A stretch of DNA of 52,092 nt from a virus, in the IMG/VR virus record IMGVR_UViG_3300045993_000887, positions 1 through 52,092 of that record; one strand, given 5' to 3'. The notes under the pieces are model-generated. The model did not search any database, was not told where the DNA came from, and saw nothing but the letters and a program-made list of their open reading frames with translations. Numbering within the stretch: position 1 is the stretch's first letter; each line of letters opens with the position of its first letter. Below, one piece after another: positions 42,704 to 52,052 of the stretch. A program made the translations under genes and the position numbers.

Positions 42704-42852
42704 AAATTACAGACGCTCAATTAACAAAAATCACACAAATGATGGAATCAGAATCAGAAATTATTGATTGGATTGATTCTCAAAAAAATGCACAAGATAT
42801 TTATGACTGGTTTAACGAATTTATGCAGGGGTATGTGGTCAAAAAAGCATGA
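42700..42852 (+). CDS. Small hypothetical acidic protein (50 aa, below the ORF-track cutoff)
   Basis: MKITDAQLTKITQMMESESEIIDWIDSQKNAQDIYDWFNEFMQGYVVKKA. ATGA junctions at both ends. Confidence 0.45.
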   Translation: MKITDAQLTKITQMMESESEIIDWIDSQKNAQDIYDWFNEFMQGYVVKKA

Positions 42853-44324
42853 AAAAACTAACTCAGGAAGAAGTAAAGCTACAAATCCTAAACGGACTTA
42901 TAAACCCTGTTTACACCAATAATGGTGCTAGAACTTTACGTGCTAATGAGATTCGTAGTTACGAAATTCAGCCTAATAAAATTTTTGGCATTTTCGTTGC
43001 TGAAGAAATGGAAGACGGATTCATTAAAGAAAAACTTTTTGACTTTGACTTAACACGAAAAAAAGAAGGCGATGATTGGCAGCTAACTTATGACTACCAT
43101 GTTGCCAAAAATGCTGCTTTGCTTTATTTTGCTGAAGATATGAAAAAGCAAGCCCATCGTTATTACCGCGACAGCAATACGGCACTGGATGAGTGTGGCG
43201 TATTGACGCGCCCCGCTTTGCTATTGACTGAAGGCGAAATAATCGACAGTGAAGGGCAAAAAACTACATATACCCGTGAGCTAATTGATGCGATTGTGGC
43301 AACCTCAAACGAGTATGCTCTCACTCAAGAAATTAAACTTTTTACTGATCATGAGTACAGCCAAAAGTCTCGCATTGGATCAGTGACTGGCAAATTTACG
43401 GCGCGTGAAATTACTGATGTAGACCTGGCTGAAAATAGTGATCGTGAGTCAGTTGGCAAATATGCAATTTTTAATGATGGCATTGAGATTCGCGATAAAA
43501 AGGCGATTGAAAAATATCACTCAAAATTATTAAAAGAATTATCTATAGGCATAATTCTGCAAAAAGATACAGGCACAATTTTTGAAGTGTCTGCTGTGCC
43601 TTGGGGTGCTGTGGCAGAGGCTCACATATATTCGAGAGAATCTGATATAAAGCAGTACGCTTATACTTTTGATTCGCAAATGCGGCGAACGCAAGTAGAA
43701 CCAAATCTTGATGCTATGGATGCAACTCAAAAAGGCTTTTCCGCTTTTATGGGTTGCATAGGCAACATAGCTAATGCCACCGATAGCGAACTCCCTAAAA
43801 GTCGCTACAAGTGCGTAAAAAATGCTGTCACGGCTTTGTCGGATCATCTTATGGGTATCCATGCTCCTAAGCCCGATGAGGACGTGGCAGATGTACCAAT
43901 TATCCAAATGGAAAAACCAATGACTGAAGAAACTAAAACATATAGTGCTGCTGATTTTGAGGCTTTGCAATCGCAATTAGCCAAGGTGCAAAAAGATAAC
44001 CAAGATACTCGCAAATTTTCAGCACTGAAAGATCGGGCGATCGCTCTTAACAGTCAGTCTTGCAAGCTCAGTACCGCTAAATATAAAGCGCTTTTTGAAG
44101 GTGACAAAGCTTTTGAAAATTATCAGGCGGCGATCGCTGGCGATCCTCTTGAAGAGTTTTTAAACTATGTGGACGCGAATATCACCGTTGATCCTAAACT
44201 TGCACCTTCAGTCTATGGCGCTACTCCTATTCCTAATCAGGAAGTACCTGAACGCCCTGCTGACGAAGTTGCTTCCATCAAGGAACGCGCCGCTTCTATT
44301 CCCGTGACCAAAGTTAGTTATTAA
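42849..44324 (+). CDS. Putative prohead protease / scaffolding protein
   Basis: 491 aa. LFTDHEYSQKSRIGSVTG resembles the His region of prohead serine proteases. C-terminal coiled coil. Lies upstream of the capsid gene. Confidence 0.4.
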   Translation: MKKLTQEEVKLQILNGLINPVYTNNGARTLRANEIRSYEIQPNKIFGIFVAEEMEDGFIKEKLFDFDLTRKKEGDDWQLTYDYHVAKNAALLYFAEDMKKQAHRYYRDSNTALDECGVLTRPALLLTEGEIIDSEGQKTTYTRELIDAIVATSNEYALTQEIKLFTDHEYSQKSRIGSVTGKFTAREITDVDLAENSDRESVGKYAIFNDGIEIRDKKAIEKYHSKLLKELSIGIILQKDTGTIFEVSAVPWGAVAEAHIYSRESDIKQYAYTFDSQMRRTQVEPNLDAMDATQKGFSAFMGCIGNIANATDSELPKSRYKCVKNAVTALSDHLMGIHAPKPDEDVADVPIIQMEKPMTEETKTYSAADFEALQSQLAKVQKDNQDTRKFSALKDRAIALNSQSCKLSTAKYKALFEGDKAFENYQAAIAGDPLEEFLNYVDANITVDPKLAPSVYGATPIPNQEVPERPADEVASIKERAASIPVTKVSY

Positions 44325-44342
44325 CTACAGGAGAAATAAATA

Positions 44343-45245
44343 ATGGGTGCTAACCTTTTAAATTCAACATTTACCGGGTTTGATGAGGATATTAATATTC
44401 TCGCAACCAACGATTATGAAGCGCCGATCTCTCGGACGCTTGATCTAACCTATTTGCAAGCTGATGCCAACGGATCTAAGCTTGTTCGGGCTGGTTCCGT
44501 AATTGCCAATATTCCATCATCTGATTATGTTCGGGTATTGCCATTAACTACAGTAGCGGCGGCTTTGGCTGCTAGCGATACGACTGTTACTGTTGCCGAT
44601 GCCAAGCTCTTTAAAAATGGTGAAGCATTGGTAATTTTGCGTCCCTACGCGACTTTAACCTTTGCTGGCACGGTTGCCACTGGTAACACCATCGTTTTGA
44701 CCCTACAAGGTCAGGTTCTCACCTATACCCTAGTCGCAGGGGATACAACCGCAACTATTACCGCCACGTCATTTGCAGCCTTTATCAATGCTGGTGTGGC
44801 AAGTGACAAGATTCTGGCAATTGCAAGTGGCGCGATTGTCTACTTCTATGCAAAAACTGGTATTCCTTACCTTTTCGTAACTTCTGTTACAGGCGGCGGC
44901 GTGACCTCTACTGCAAGTGCTGCAACGATGCAAGAGAATGTATCGATTGCCTCAATCCATGCCTCGACTGCAATCAATGCCACTACTAACGTGATTACCC
45001 TAGCTGCGGGTAGTGCAGTGGCACAGCCGATCGGCGCTCCTATTGGGGTAGCAGTTAAGCCTAGCGACACTCTGGGTTTGGTAGTCCAAAAGCTGCTAGT
45101 TGCAAGCACACAGACTCTATTAGATGCACTTGCAGATGATGTGGCTGTGTACCGTGAAGCAGACATCTATACATCGCTTATCCCTTATTGGGATGCGGCG
45201 CTTAATGCTGCTTTGCCACAAATTGCATCAATCGCACGAGGTTAA
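44343..45245 (+). CDS. Virion structural protein (head decoration or capsid-associated)
   Basis: 300 aa, Ala/Thr/Val-rich. AGGAGA SD. Lies between the protease/scaffold and capsid genes. Confidence 0.45.
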   Translation: MGANLLNSTFTGFDEDINILATNDYEAPISRTLDLTYLQADANGSKLVRAGSVIANIPSSDYVRVLPLTTVAAALAASDTTVTVADAKLFKNGEALVILRPYATLTFAGTVATGNTIVLTLQGQVLTYTLVAGDTTATITATSFAAFINAGVASDKILAIASGAIVYFYAKTGIPYLFVTSVTGGGVTSTASAATMQENVSIASIHASTAINATTNVITLAAGSAVAQPIGAPIGVAVKPSDTLGLVVQKLLVASTQTLLDALADDVAVYREADIYTSLIPYWDAALNAALPQIASIARG

Positions 45246-45247
45246 AA

Positions 45248-46363
45248 ATGACTCAATCAATTTATGAATTTTTAGAACGTAGAGAAAATAAACAGGTATG
45301 GCGCGAGCAAGTCGATCAAACTGATTGGCGCTTGCTTAATCCTGTCGATCGCTCTCGATTAGATCGCTTAATTCCTGCTACTTCCTACCCATCCCGATCA
45401 ATTCTAATTAATCGGATGGTCAATCACCGCCCGACCATCGCGACTATTATTGCTGAAGACGCAGAAGTACCACCAAGCCGCCCCCAAATGATTCTGAATG
45501 AAGAGCTTTTGGGCAATTGCAAGATCGGTAAAAAGTATCAGTGGAACGAACGCGATCAAAAGCAATTATTGGAATTGCAACAAGGCAATTTAGCCCCTGC
45601 GACTAAGATGGCTATTGAAAATTATTTCTTTGGCACAATTGGCGATCTAGTCCCTGCGATTTATGATAAGTCGATGCGATTGGCAATGGAAATTGCACTT
45701 TCTGGAAGTACCGATTTTACTGACCCAATCAGTAAGGCTAAATTTAAAATCAGCTACTCGACTACATCAGGACATATCGCGACTGCACTCACAGGTGCTG
45801 ACCTTTGGAGCGCTCCAACTACTGCTACACCATTAGCAGGGCTAGAAGCTCACGCTGAGGTTGTTTACAATACTTTGGGCAAATTCCCTGATAACATCTC
45901 AATGCACCGCGCCCAATTGCGACAAGTAGCAGCTACCAATGAAGCCAAGATTGCATGGCTTACCCGTACTGGTGGTAGTGGCACAACCTCGCAAGATCTA
46001 ACAGGTGTATTTCTGAGCGATATGCAAGTTAAAGAATTGATCAGTGAGCGTATCAATCCTAATACAGGGGCTGAAGTTATTATTAATGATGCTAAGTACT
46101 CTGAAGAGCTAGCTAATGGCACAATCAGTGATAAGTTCTTTCTCGCAGTTGGCGCTAATACTGGTTATTATCAATTTGGCTGGGATGGCTATATTGAGCG
46201 TGGCTTTGTTCCTACGATTGAGAATCGGTTAGCATCTGGAATATATGTAGTCAATGGACAGAAAATCGATGATGTTCCACATAGATACTGGACTACAGCC
46301 GTCGCGAACTTCGTACCTGTGGTTCGCGACCCTCGCTATATCGCGGCTCGAAAAGTAGCTTAG
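45248..46363 (+). CDS. Probable major capsid protein
   Basis: 371 aa. Assigned by position after the protease/scaffold and decoration-like genes, and by the strong terminator that follows. Confidence 0.5.
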   Translation: MTQSIYEFLERRENKQVWREQVDQTDWRLLNPVDRSRLDRLIPATSYPSRSILINRMVNHRPTIATIIAEDAEVPPSRPQMILNEELLGNCKIGKKYQWNERDQKQLLELQQGNLAPATKMAIENYFFGTIGDLVPAIYDKSMRLAMEIALSGSTDFTDPISKAKFKISYSTTSGHIATALTGADLWSAPTTATPLAGLEAHAEVVYNTLGKFPDNISMHRAQLRQVAATNEAKIAWLTRTGGSGTTSQDLTGVFLSDMQVKELISERINPNTGAEVIINDAKYSEELANGTISDKFFLAVGANTGYYQFGWDGYIERGFVPTIENRLASGIYVVNGQKIDDVPHRYWTTAVANFVPVVRDPRYIAARKVA

Positions 46364-46380
46364 ATTTTGTTGATCACAAC

Positions 46381-46411
46381 AAAAAGCTCGATCGCATGAT
46401 CGAGCTTTTTT
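46381..46411 (+). terminator. Rho-independent terminator after the capsid gene
   Basis: AGCTCGATC-GCAT-GATCGAGCT followed by T5, with an A5 run before it. Confidence 0.7.
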
Positions 46412-46431
46412 AATATTTAGGATTAAAAACA

Positions 46432-46887
46432 ATGACTTTACAATTTATAACCCTAGCAGCAATCGATACTAGATTAAAGCAACGCCTTCAAATGGGCGGC
46501 ACACAAGCGGCGTTCGGCAAAACAGTAATCACGGATGCTGACACTACCCAAATAGCTGAACAAGTCGAGGGACGGGTACGGATGCGATTAAAAAGTAAGT
46601 ACCAACTCCCATTAAATCTTACCGATACTGATGCTCAAAAAGCACTGGCGAGCATTGTCGAGAAACTTACGATTTGTGACATCTTAGCGCCCAATTTCAT
46701 GGGTGCAGAGCCATCGGATGAAGGTGGCTATATTCGCTCTGAATTTTGCACACAAGGGGCAAAGGAGTTAGAAGATCTGATGAAAAGTTACATTGATGGT
46801 GAAGTAGCGATCGGCGTGAGCATTGGTGCTGCTAATCGCGCCCCTAGTGTAGGAGCGCGATCGGGCGGGACTGTGGTTAGTTTTTAG
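46432..46887 (+). CDS. Head-tail adaptor, Mu gp36/DUF1320-like
   Basis: 151 aa. VEGRVRMRLKSKYQLPLNL fits the DUF1320 pattern (eid-yL--rY-lPl). Confidence 0.45.
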   Translation: MTLQFITLAAIDTRLKQRLQMGGTQAAFGKTVITDADTTQIAEQVEGRVRMRLKSKYQLPLNLTDTDAQKALASIVEKLTICDILAPNFMGAEPSDEGGYIRSEFCTQGAKELEDLMKSYIDGEVAIGVSIGAANRAPSVGARSGGTVVSF

Positions 46888-47081
46888 TAAATAGCTTTAC
46901 GGATTGAGTTCTTTTTATGCTTGCCAGATAGTGTTAGCTTGCTAAAATAATCACCCCCGTTCACTGAGAAGCAAAAGTTAAAATCATTAATTTCGATGTT
47001 GGTGATATTTTCTGCTGTTATAAATTTAAAATCAAATTCTTTAACGATGCTTGCGATGACGTTGGCTGTATTGACTTGCAT
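46884..47081 (-). CDS. Hypothetical protein, single-gene leftward island B
   Basis: 65-aa ORF with AAGGAA upstream. Driven by promoter cassette B. Convergent with the 46432..46887 gene, overlapping it by 4 nt. Confidence 0.5.
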   Translation of the reverse strand: MQVNTANVIASIVKEFDFKFITAENITNIEINDFNFCFSVNGGDYFSKLTLSGKHKKNSIRKAIY

Positions 47082-47108
47082 TGCTTTGTTCCTTTGCTCT
47101 TGACCTCT

Positions 47109-47144
47109 TTAATATAAATCCTAACAGAACAAATGTCAATCACT
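47109..47144 (-). promoter_or_regulatory. Conserved sigma70-type promoter cassette, copy B
   Basis: -35 TTGACA (47139-47134), 17 nt, -10 TATATT (47116-47111). Shares TTAATATAAATCCTAAC-N5-AAATGTCAA-N-CACT with copies A and C. Confidence 0.6.
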
Positions 47145-47210
47145 AATTCAAAACTATATTTAATTCATACATCTGAGCTAAAATAAAACCACATTTACCC
47201 GCGATCGCCC

Positions 47211-48122
47211 ATGCCTCTATACGATTCAGTATTTGGCGTATTCAATTATGCAGATGCACCTGATTTAATGCCTGCTAGCGAGATAATCGTGACTATGGAC
47301 AAAATAGAGCGCAATGCATTAAAAGCTATGTCCAATGCAACAAAGGCTGCTGTAAGCGATTTAGTAAAGCGATCGCAAGGCAAATCGTTAGCTGAAATTA
47401 AAAAATTAACATGGGATTTACAGCCTAATATTGCAGAAAGTTTAAATGTGGTGTGGGATAAGGGCTTTAAATCTGGCAGTGCAGACGCGATCAAAGAATT
47501 GCGCGCCGCTATTCCTAACAAAAAAAACTCATTACAATATGCCAAAGTTTCAGATTTAATTGACGCAATCTTTAAAATAAAGCCATTCTCAGCATTTGAT
47601 GCAAGCCATCCTAAAGCATGGATAAAGTCAGTTTTAAATCGTAATTTAATGATCGCTGGTGATTATGCAAATGAGATTTTAGATAGGGTAAAAAATAATG
47701 TTTCACAGGGCATGATTGAGCAGCCTAATGGGTATGTATTGCCACCGCAAAAAATAAATTTATTAATTCAAGAGACACTGAATGTAAGCCAATCACGCGC
47801 CGCCACAATCTCACGAACAGAAACCACAAATGCATACAGTGAGGCTAGGGTAGAGACATTTAAGCAATCAAGCTTAGCTACCCATTGCAGATTGTTAGCG
47901 ATCGCTGATGATCGAATAACTGATATTTGCCTAACCAGAAATGGGATGGTTTTCCCAATAGAAAATGCCCCTGAAAATACTCCGTCATTTCACCCAAATT
48001 GTCGAACAACTATCAGCGTTTTATTGCCAAAAATCAACCCCGCTCACGCAAAAATGATTGCAGATCCTACGCTTAATTGGAAAAATAGAACACTTGCGCC
48101 ATTGCCTAAAGGATGGAGGTAG
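47211..48122 (+). CDS. Minor head protein, Mu F / SPP1 gp7 family
   Basis: 303 aa. ISRTETTNAYSEA and C-terminal FHPNCRTT motifs. Confidence 0.7.
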   Translation: MPLYDSVFGVFNYADAPDLMPASEIIVTMDKIERNALKAMSNATKAAVSDLVKRSQGKSLAEIKKLTWDLQPNIAESLNVVWDKGFKSGSADAIKELRAAIPNKKNSLQYAKVSDLIDAIFKIKPFSAFDASHPKAWIKSVLNRNLMIAGDYANEILDRVKNNVSQGMIEQPNGYVLPPQKINLLIQETLNVSQSRAATISRTETTNAYSEARVETFKQSSLATHCRLLAIADDRITDICLTRNGMVFPIENAPENTPSFHPNCRTTISVLLPKINPAHAKMIADPTLNWKNRTLAPLPKGWR

Positions 48123-48191
48123 GATAAAAGTACAAAACCCGCTAAGCCTATCGATGATACTGAAACTGGCGGGTTCCTTATTAAAATAATC

Positions 48192-48311
48192 ATGAATAAA
48201 AAAGCAATAATCATCACAGCGATCGCCATCATTGGTATCGGTGCGATGATTATATCAAAACTCGCCCCGCGCCGCCCAGTAATTGTGATAATTTACTTAC
48301 TAAAATGTTAG
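48192..48311 (+). CDS. Possible 39-aa membrane peptide
   Basis: MNKKAIIITAIAIIGIGAMIISKLAPRRPVIVIIYLLKC. It competes with the antisense ORF 48044..48232. Support is weak. Confidence 0.25.
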   Translation: MNKKAIIITAIAIIGIGAMIISKLAPRRPVIVIIYLLKC

Positions 48312-48374
48312 AGGCAAAGACAGAAGCAGAGCATGAATTTGCTTATCAAAGATGGGTGCTGATTTGTGTTAAGC

Positions 48375-48584
48375 CTACCACTCAACCTTAGCTAGATTCC
48401 CACCAGCTACCCATCGTTGGACAAATCTATCAGGCTGTATTTCATACTTGACTAACACTTGGAACTGCCCCCCATTATTATTTCGCTTAATTTCATCACT
48501 GACAATTTCGCCTATTAGTGGCTTGCAACCTGATAAGTTTTTGCGGATTACTTTAGTATGAATAATAACTTCAGATTGTTTCAT
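48375..48584 (-). CDS. Hypothetical protein
   Basis: 69-aa ORF, isolated on the minus strand. Confidence 0.45.
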   Translation of the reverse strand: MKQSEVIIHTKVIRKNLSGCKPLIGEIVSDEIKRNNNGGQFQVLVKYEIQPDRFVQRWVAGGNLAKVEW

Positions 48585-48598
48585 GCTATATTGTCTTT

Positions 48599-48732
48599 GG
48601 GCTAAGTAGCTTTAAAGGGTAGAGCCACTAGGTACATGGGTTACATGGAATTTTATAACAGAAATAAATCTCCTTTCTGCTCTTCCTATGTGCTAAATAG
48701 TGAGGTTGATGGTTCGAGTCCATCCTAGTCCA
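48599..48732 (+). ncRNA. tRNA-like element with a roughly 67-nt insertion in the anticodon arm (non-canonical, possibly a pseudo-tRNA)
   Basis: D-arm TAGCTTTAAAGGGTAGAGC (48607-48625). T-arm GATGG-TTCGAGT-CCATC (48708-48724). Acceptor GGGCTAA/CTAGTCC (5 WC pairs, 1 G-U, 1 mismatch). CACTA (48626-48630) pairs with TAGTG (48698-48702), and GTACATGGG (48632-48640) with CCTATGTGC (48685-48693). TATATT -10 at 48587-48592. Confidence 0.35.
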
Positions 48733-48740
48733 TTAAATAT

Positions 48741-49223
48741 ATGTCGCGATTCATCGAAATAGATTTTAGCCAACTCACTAATATTTTATCTGAATTACAA
48801 TCAGTTGGCGATCGCGCTGCTGATTTAAAGCCTGTGGCTAGGCAAATAGCCTTAATTATTAGCAGCTATACTGATCAAGTTTTTGATAGCGCCCCATCAA
48901 CTACTGTAAGCGGGACAGTTTTTAATGGGGCGTTTTGGGAGGCTTTAAGCCTAAAATATCGCGCCGCTAGAAATAAATCTGGCAAAAAGTCAAAGTCAAG
49001 AGATAATGGCTTGCAATTGCGAGATACAGGCGCATTAATTAATTCTTTACAGGTTGGCGGCGCGGGTAATTTTTTTCAATCTGGTAATGATTTTATTGAG
49101 TTTGGAACAAACTTGCCACAAGGATTTAATAATAATTCTAGAGCTTTTTTGACTCACACTGATGATTTGAGCAACCTTGTGGCGAAAGCTTTGGAAAATT
49201 ATATTATTACTGGTGAGACATGA
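48741..49223 (+). CDS. Virion morphogenesis protein, Mu G-like
   Basis: 160 aa. LQLRDTGALINSLQ fits the L-dtG-L--S motif of the virion morphogenesis family. Confidence 0.5.
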   Translation: MSRFIEIDFSQLTNILSELQSVGDRAADLKPVARQIALIISSYTDQVFDSAPSTTVSGTVFNGAFWEALSLKYRAARNKSGKKSKSRDNGLQLRDTGALINSLQVGGAGNFFQSGNDFIEFGTNLPQGFNNNSRAFLTHTDDLSNLVAKALENYIITGET

Positions 49224-49465
49224 TGCAATTCCCAATTTTCAAGCTGGAAAACGACCATACAAAAGCCTTGATTGATGCAAAATCAGGCGAATTTGTATTG
49301 GAATTAGCTAATGAAGCAGAGCTAATTCATGGGCATGATATTGTATTAAATTGCATAGCAGGGATAGGTTTTGATGAACCAAAAGTTGAATTGATTTTTA
49401 CTAATCCGCCTATCCCTTTAGCTTCTCAAATTGAATTTAAAACAGTTATTTTGATACAAAAATGA
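49220..49465 (+). CDS. Hypothetical protein
   Basis: 81-aa ORF with ATGA coupling on both sides. Confidence 0.55.
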   Translation: MMQFPIFKLENDHTKALIDAKSGEFVLELANEAELIHGHDIVLNCIAGIGFDEPKVELIFTNPPIPLASQIEFKTVILIQK

Positions 49466-49908
49466 CAGCACCAATCGATACACACTTAGAAAATCTTGGC
49501 ACATACTTAAAAGAACGACTCAATGAAGCAGGGGCGGCGCTTAGCGCCTCACTAATTGTGGTTCAGGATGTGACGTATCTAGCCGATTTTAATAGCATTG
49601 ATAAGTTCCCATTATTGCAAGTTTTTAGGAACGGCGGCAAAGGATGGGGCGCTAGCGATACGCAAGAATGGGAGGTAAATTATGTGCTTAATAATTATGC
49701 TGATCCCTATGATGTGCCACGGATTCTGGCATGGATTCTTGAAGATTACAATGAGAGTAATATCCCTGCTTTGATTGTTAATTATTTTTCGACTACCGAT
49801 CATTGTGGCACTTTGGATATTGATTCACTGACTCGCAGCTATGGCTATAAATTTTTAGTAGGGGCAAAAGCGCCATCGGCGCGGGTAAGTTTTACTTTGT
49901 TGCCATAA
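49462..49908 (+). CDS. Hypothetical head-tail joining or tail completion protein
   Basis: 148-aa ORF, coupled to the previous gene and followed by a terminator. Confidence 0.5.
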   Translation: MTAPIDTHLENLGTYLKERLNEAGAALSASLIVVQDVTYLADFNSIDKFPLLQVFRNGGKGWGASDTQEWEVNYVLNNYADPYDVPRILAWILEDYNESNIPALIVNYFSTTDHCGTLDIDSLTRSYGYKFLVGAKAPSARVSFTLLP

Positions 49909-49938
49909 AAAAGCCCGTCACGATTGAGGGGCTTTTTT
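49909..49938. terminator. Terminator shared by convergent units
   Basis: AGCCC-G-TCA-CGAT-TGA-G-GGGCT followed by T6, with an A-run before it. Confidence 0.5.
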
Positions 49939-49940
49939 AT

Positions 49941-50084
49941 TTATTGTTTTTTCTCTTTTAAAGTTTTGAGAGTTGGGCGGCTATTCTCAGTAAAGCCATA
50001 TTTGCAAGTATCACACCAATATTGCTGCTCTCCTTGCCTTGTACCATTTTTATGCGATCGGCGTTCGCAGAATAGGCAGATCAT
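49941..50084 (-). CDS. Small zinc-ribbon protein (47 aa), IS1 InsA-like CxxC...QxYxCxxC pattern
   Basis: MICLFCERRSHKNGTRQGEQQYWCDTCKYGFTENSRPTLKTLKEKKQ. ATGA junction with 50081..50305. Confidence 0.45.
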   Translation of the reverse strand: MICLFCERRSHKNGTRQGEQQYWCDTCKYGFTENSRPTLKTLKEKKQ

Positions 50085-50305
50085 ATATAAAACTTTTGCT
50101 CCATTCCAGAGCCATTAAAAAGATTGAAAGTACAAGGATGAAACTCAAGAACGATAGTATTCATGAACTTGATTCTCCACCAAGTGCGATCACTTCCCGT
50201 TTTGTGACGACCTTGGCTCAACTCCAAAGAGTGAATCTCAGCAATGCAGACAATTTCTTCTTTACCAAGTTGAGCGAGGATTTGTAAAACTTTCAGTGCA
50301 ATCAT
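50081..50305 (-). CDS. Hypothetical protein
   Basis: The ORF track starts at 50347. ATG 50305 (MIALKVLQ) has AAGGAA upstream and does not overlap the preceding gene. Confidence 0.5.
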   Translation of the reverse strand: MIALKVLQILAQLGKEEIVCIAEIHSLELSQGRHKTGSDRTWWRIKFMNTIVLEFHPCTFNLFNGSGMEQKFYI

Positions 50306-50336
50306 GACTTTTTCCTTTTGATTATTTGATGATTGA

Positions 50337-50723
50337 TTAAGCAGCAACTACAGAACGAGCAGCGTCACGGATAACGCCGCTTTGACCGTAGCCAGTAAGA
50401 CGGAACTCAAGATCGCCATCATCGATTACGATGAAACCACCAGCACCTCCTGAACCCTTGACATAAACGCGAGTCATGCCGTTCTTTTCCCATACATTGC
50501 CTTGATTGCCAGTTGCTTTGATTGCTTTAGCAATCGCTTGAGCTAATTCTGAATCCGACATTTTGACTTCCTCTTGCTTGATGATTTTCTTAGAAACAAA
50601 CCGAGCTTTGCAGCCCTTGACTACGACACAGAACACCCAAGCCATTTCGGTTACTGACTTGATTTGATTAGGCGATACATTAAGGAATGTAGCGATTTGC
50701 GCGGTGGTGTTTGTGGTAGTCAT
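50337..50723 (-). CDS. Hypothetical protein, first gene of leftward island C
   Basis: The ORF track starts at 50816, inside promoter cassette C. ATG 50723 (MTTTNTT) has AAGAGGA upstream. Confidence 0.55.
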   Translation of the reverse strand: MTTTNTTAQIATFLNVSPNQIKSVTEMAWVFCVVVKGCKARFVSKKIIKQEEVKMSDSELAQAIAKAIKATGNQGNVWEKNGMTRVYVKGSGGAGGFIVIDDGDLEFRLTGYGQSGVIRDAARSVVAA

Positions 50724-50748
50724 TTGTTTGTCCTCTTGCTTGATGTAC

Positions 50749-50784
50749 TTAATATAAATCCTAACGAAATAAATGTCAAGCACT
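50749..50784 (-). promoter_or_regulatory. Conserved sigma70-type promoter cassette, copy C
   Basis: -35 TTGACA (50779-50774), 17 nt, -10 TATATT (50756-50751). Same cassette as copies A and B. Confidence 0.6.
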
Positions 50785-50820
50785 TTTTTAAAATAGTTTG
50801 CAATTGCCAAAAACACTCAC

Positions 50821-50832
50821 TTGCTTTATTTT
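50821..50832 (+). promoter_or_regulatory. Conserved 12-mer TTGCTTTATTTT, copy 5
   Basis: Exact 12-mer 28 nt upstream of ATGGCA at 50861. Confidence 0.35.
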
Positions 50833-50860
50833 GCAGTGATTACCCTAGCTAGGCTTAAAT

Positions 50861-51238
50861 ATGGCATTAACAGGCATTGCGAACACTATCGTACCTTTGG
50901 CTACGATTAGTCGCACGCTGACCCCTACAGCGAAATTGTATGAGGATAGCACACGAACAATTATTGATTACTACGCAACGATTAACGCGGCTGTACGCTT
51001 GCTAAAACGAATCACCCATACTCCAGAATTTTCAGGCGGCGTTTGGAAAATTGCAGTAAGGGAATTTGAATATCCTGCTAATTATGATCAGACCTATGAT
51101 CCGACCAACTTGGCTAGTGCCACTACAGCACCCTTCACATTGGCTCTAGGAACGCAGATCGGTGAAACAACTTACACTAACCCCCAAGTTATGCTCCCCA
51201 CGATCTACGCATCGGCTGGCGACACTCTACTCACTTAA
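50861..51238 (+). CDS. Hypothetical tail protein
   Basis: 125-aa ORF heading the operon that contains the putative tail tube gene. Confidence 0.5.
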   Translation: MALTGIANTIVPLATISRTLTPTAKLYEDSTRTIIDYYATINAAVRLLKRITHTPEFSGGVWKIAVREFEYPANYDQTYDPTNLASATTAPFTLALGTQIGETTYTNPQVMLPTIYASAGDTLLT

Positions 51239-51257
51239 TTTATAGGATCTAAAACCA

Positions 51258-52052
51258 ATGGCAAAGAAATTATATACAGGCATTAAGAGCCTAACCCAAG
51301 TGTGGCTCAAAACCGCTACAGGCACACCAGTAAACGATAAAATCTTGCTGTTGCCTACCCCATCTAGTGGTACATATGCTACAGGTGTGGAAGAGTTTGA
51401 AATTGAAGCAGTCGATCAATGCACAGGTGAGAAGTTTGTAGCTGATACCTATGTGGTAAAGCGTGCGCCATCATTTAAGCTCACCTATGGCTCTAAGCAG
51501 AAACAATTGCTAAGCGCTTTCTTTGGCTTGGCATTAGCCAACGGAACTCGCGACACGGCGATCGTCAAAACGTTGGAAGTCACACAGGCTACGCAAGGCG
51601 CAACTATTAGTGGTTACAGTGGCTTTGGTGTAGCGGCTGACCAGACTCTCTCAGAAGCTTATTACCTCGATGACAATGGCACATCGGTTAAGTTGACTAA
51701 GCAAACTCATGCAGCATTCAACCCTGCTACACCGCTTAGTTGGAGCCAAGGGGCTAATCTTGAGCTTAATTTCTCGGCTGATCTTGTAACCGATCGTAGA
51801 TATGTTACTTACTATGTCCCCTATAGCTCGACTAATACCGATTATTTGACGGCTACAACTCAAGCCAATTACGCCGCCGATCTGTTTTTTATCGATACCG
51901 ATGGCAAAGTTGGACATTTCTTATTCCCCTCAATTACCAGCAACTTGACTGAGAATAAAGAATTTGAGTTCGGCGGCGGTACGATCGACTTAAACTTCAG
52001 GGTAACGGGTGAAGTTTATCTCAGATACCCTAATCGCTTGGCAACGTGCTAA
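51258..52052 (+). CDS. Putative major tail (tube) protein
   Basis: 264 aa, Thr/Ser/Gly-rich. Assigned by position only. Followed, across the circular junction, by the 104..159 terminator. Confidence 0.4.
   Translation: MAKKLYTGIKSLTQVWLKTATGTPVNDKILLLPTPSSGTYATGVEEFEIEAVDQCTGEKFVADTYVVKRAPSFKLTYGSKQKQLLSAFFGLALANGTRDTAIVKTLEVTQATQGATISGYSGFGVAADQTLSEAYYLDDNGTSVKLTKQTHAAFNPATPLSWSQGANLELNFSADLVTDRRYVTYYVPYSSTNTDYLTATTQANYAADLFFIDTDGKVGHFLFPSITSNLTENKEFEFGGGTIDLNFRVTGEVYLRYPNRLATC

Noticed and set aside
43119-43130. The sixth TTGCTTTATTTT copy, inside 42849..44324, as an internal late promoter.
   Set aside because: It is in-frame coding sequence (AALLYFAE) with no start codon or operon boundary downstream. 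It is listed for completeness but not called as a regulatory site.
48698-48732. Read the tRNA 3'-half-like sequence as a phage attP core.
   Set aside because: No integrase or recombinase is recognisable anywhere in the genome, and a matching 5' half lies 70 nt upstream. An att remnant cannot be excluded, but it is not supported.
49924-50287. Plus-strand ORFs 49924..50118 and 50039..50287.
   Set aside because: They start inside the terminator or at non-ATG codons and are antisense to the coupled minus-strand genes of island C, which have SDs and a promoter cassette.
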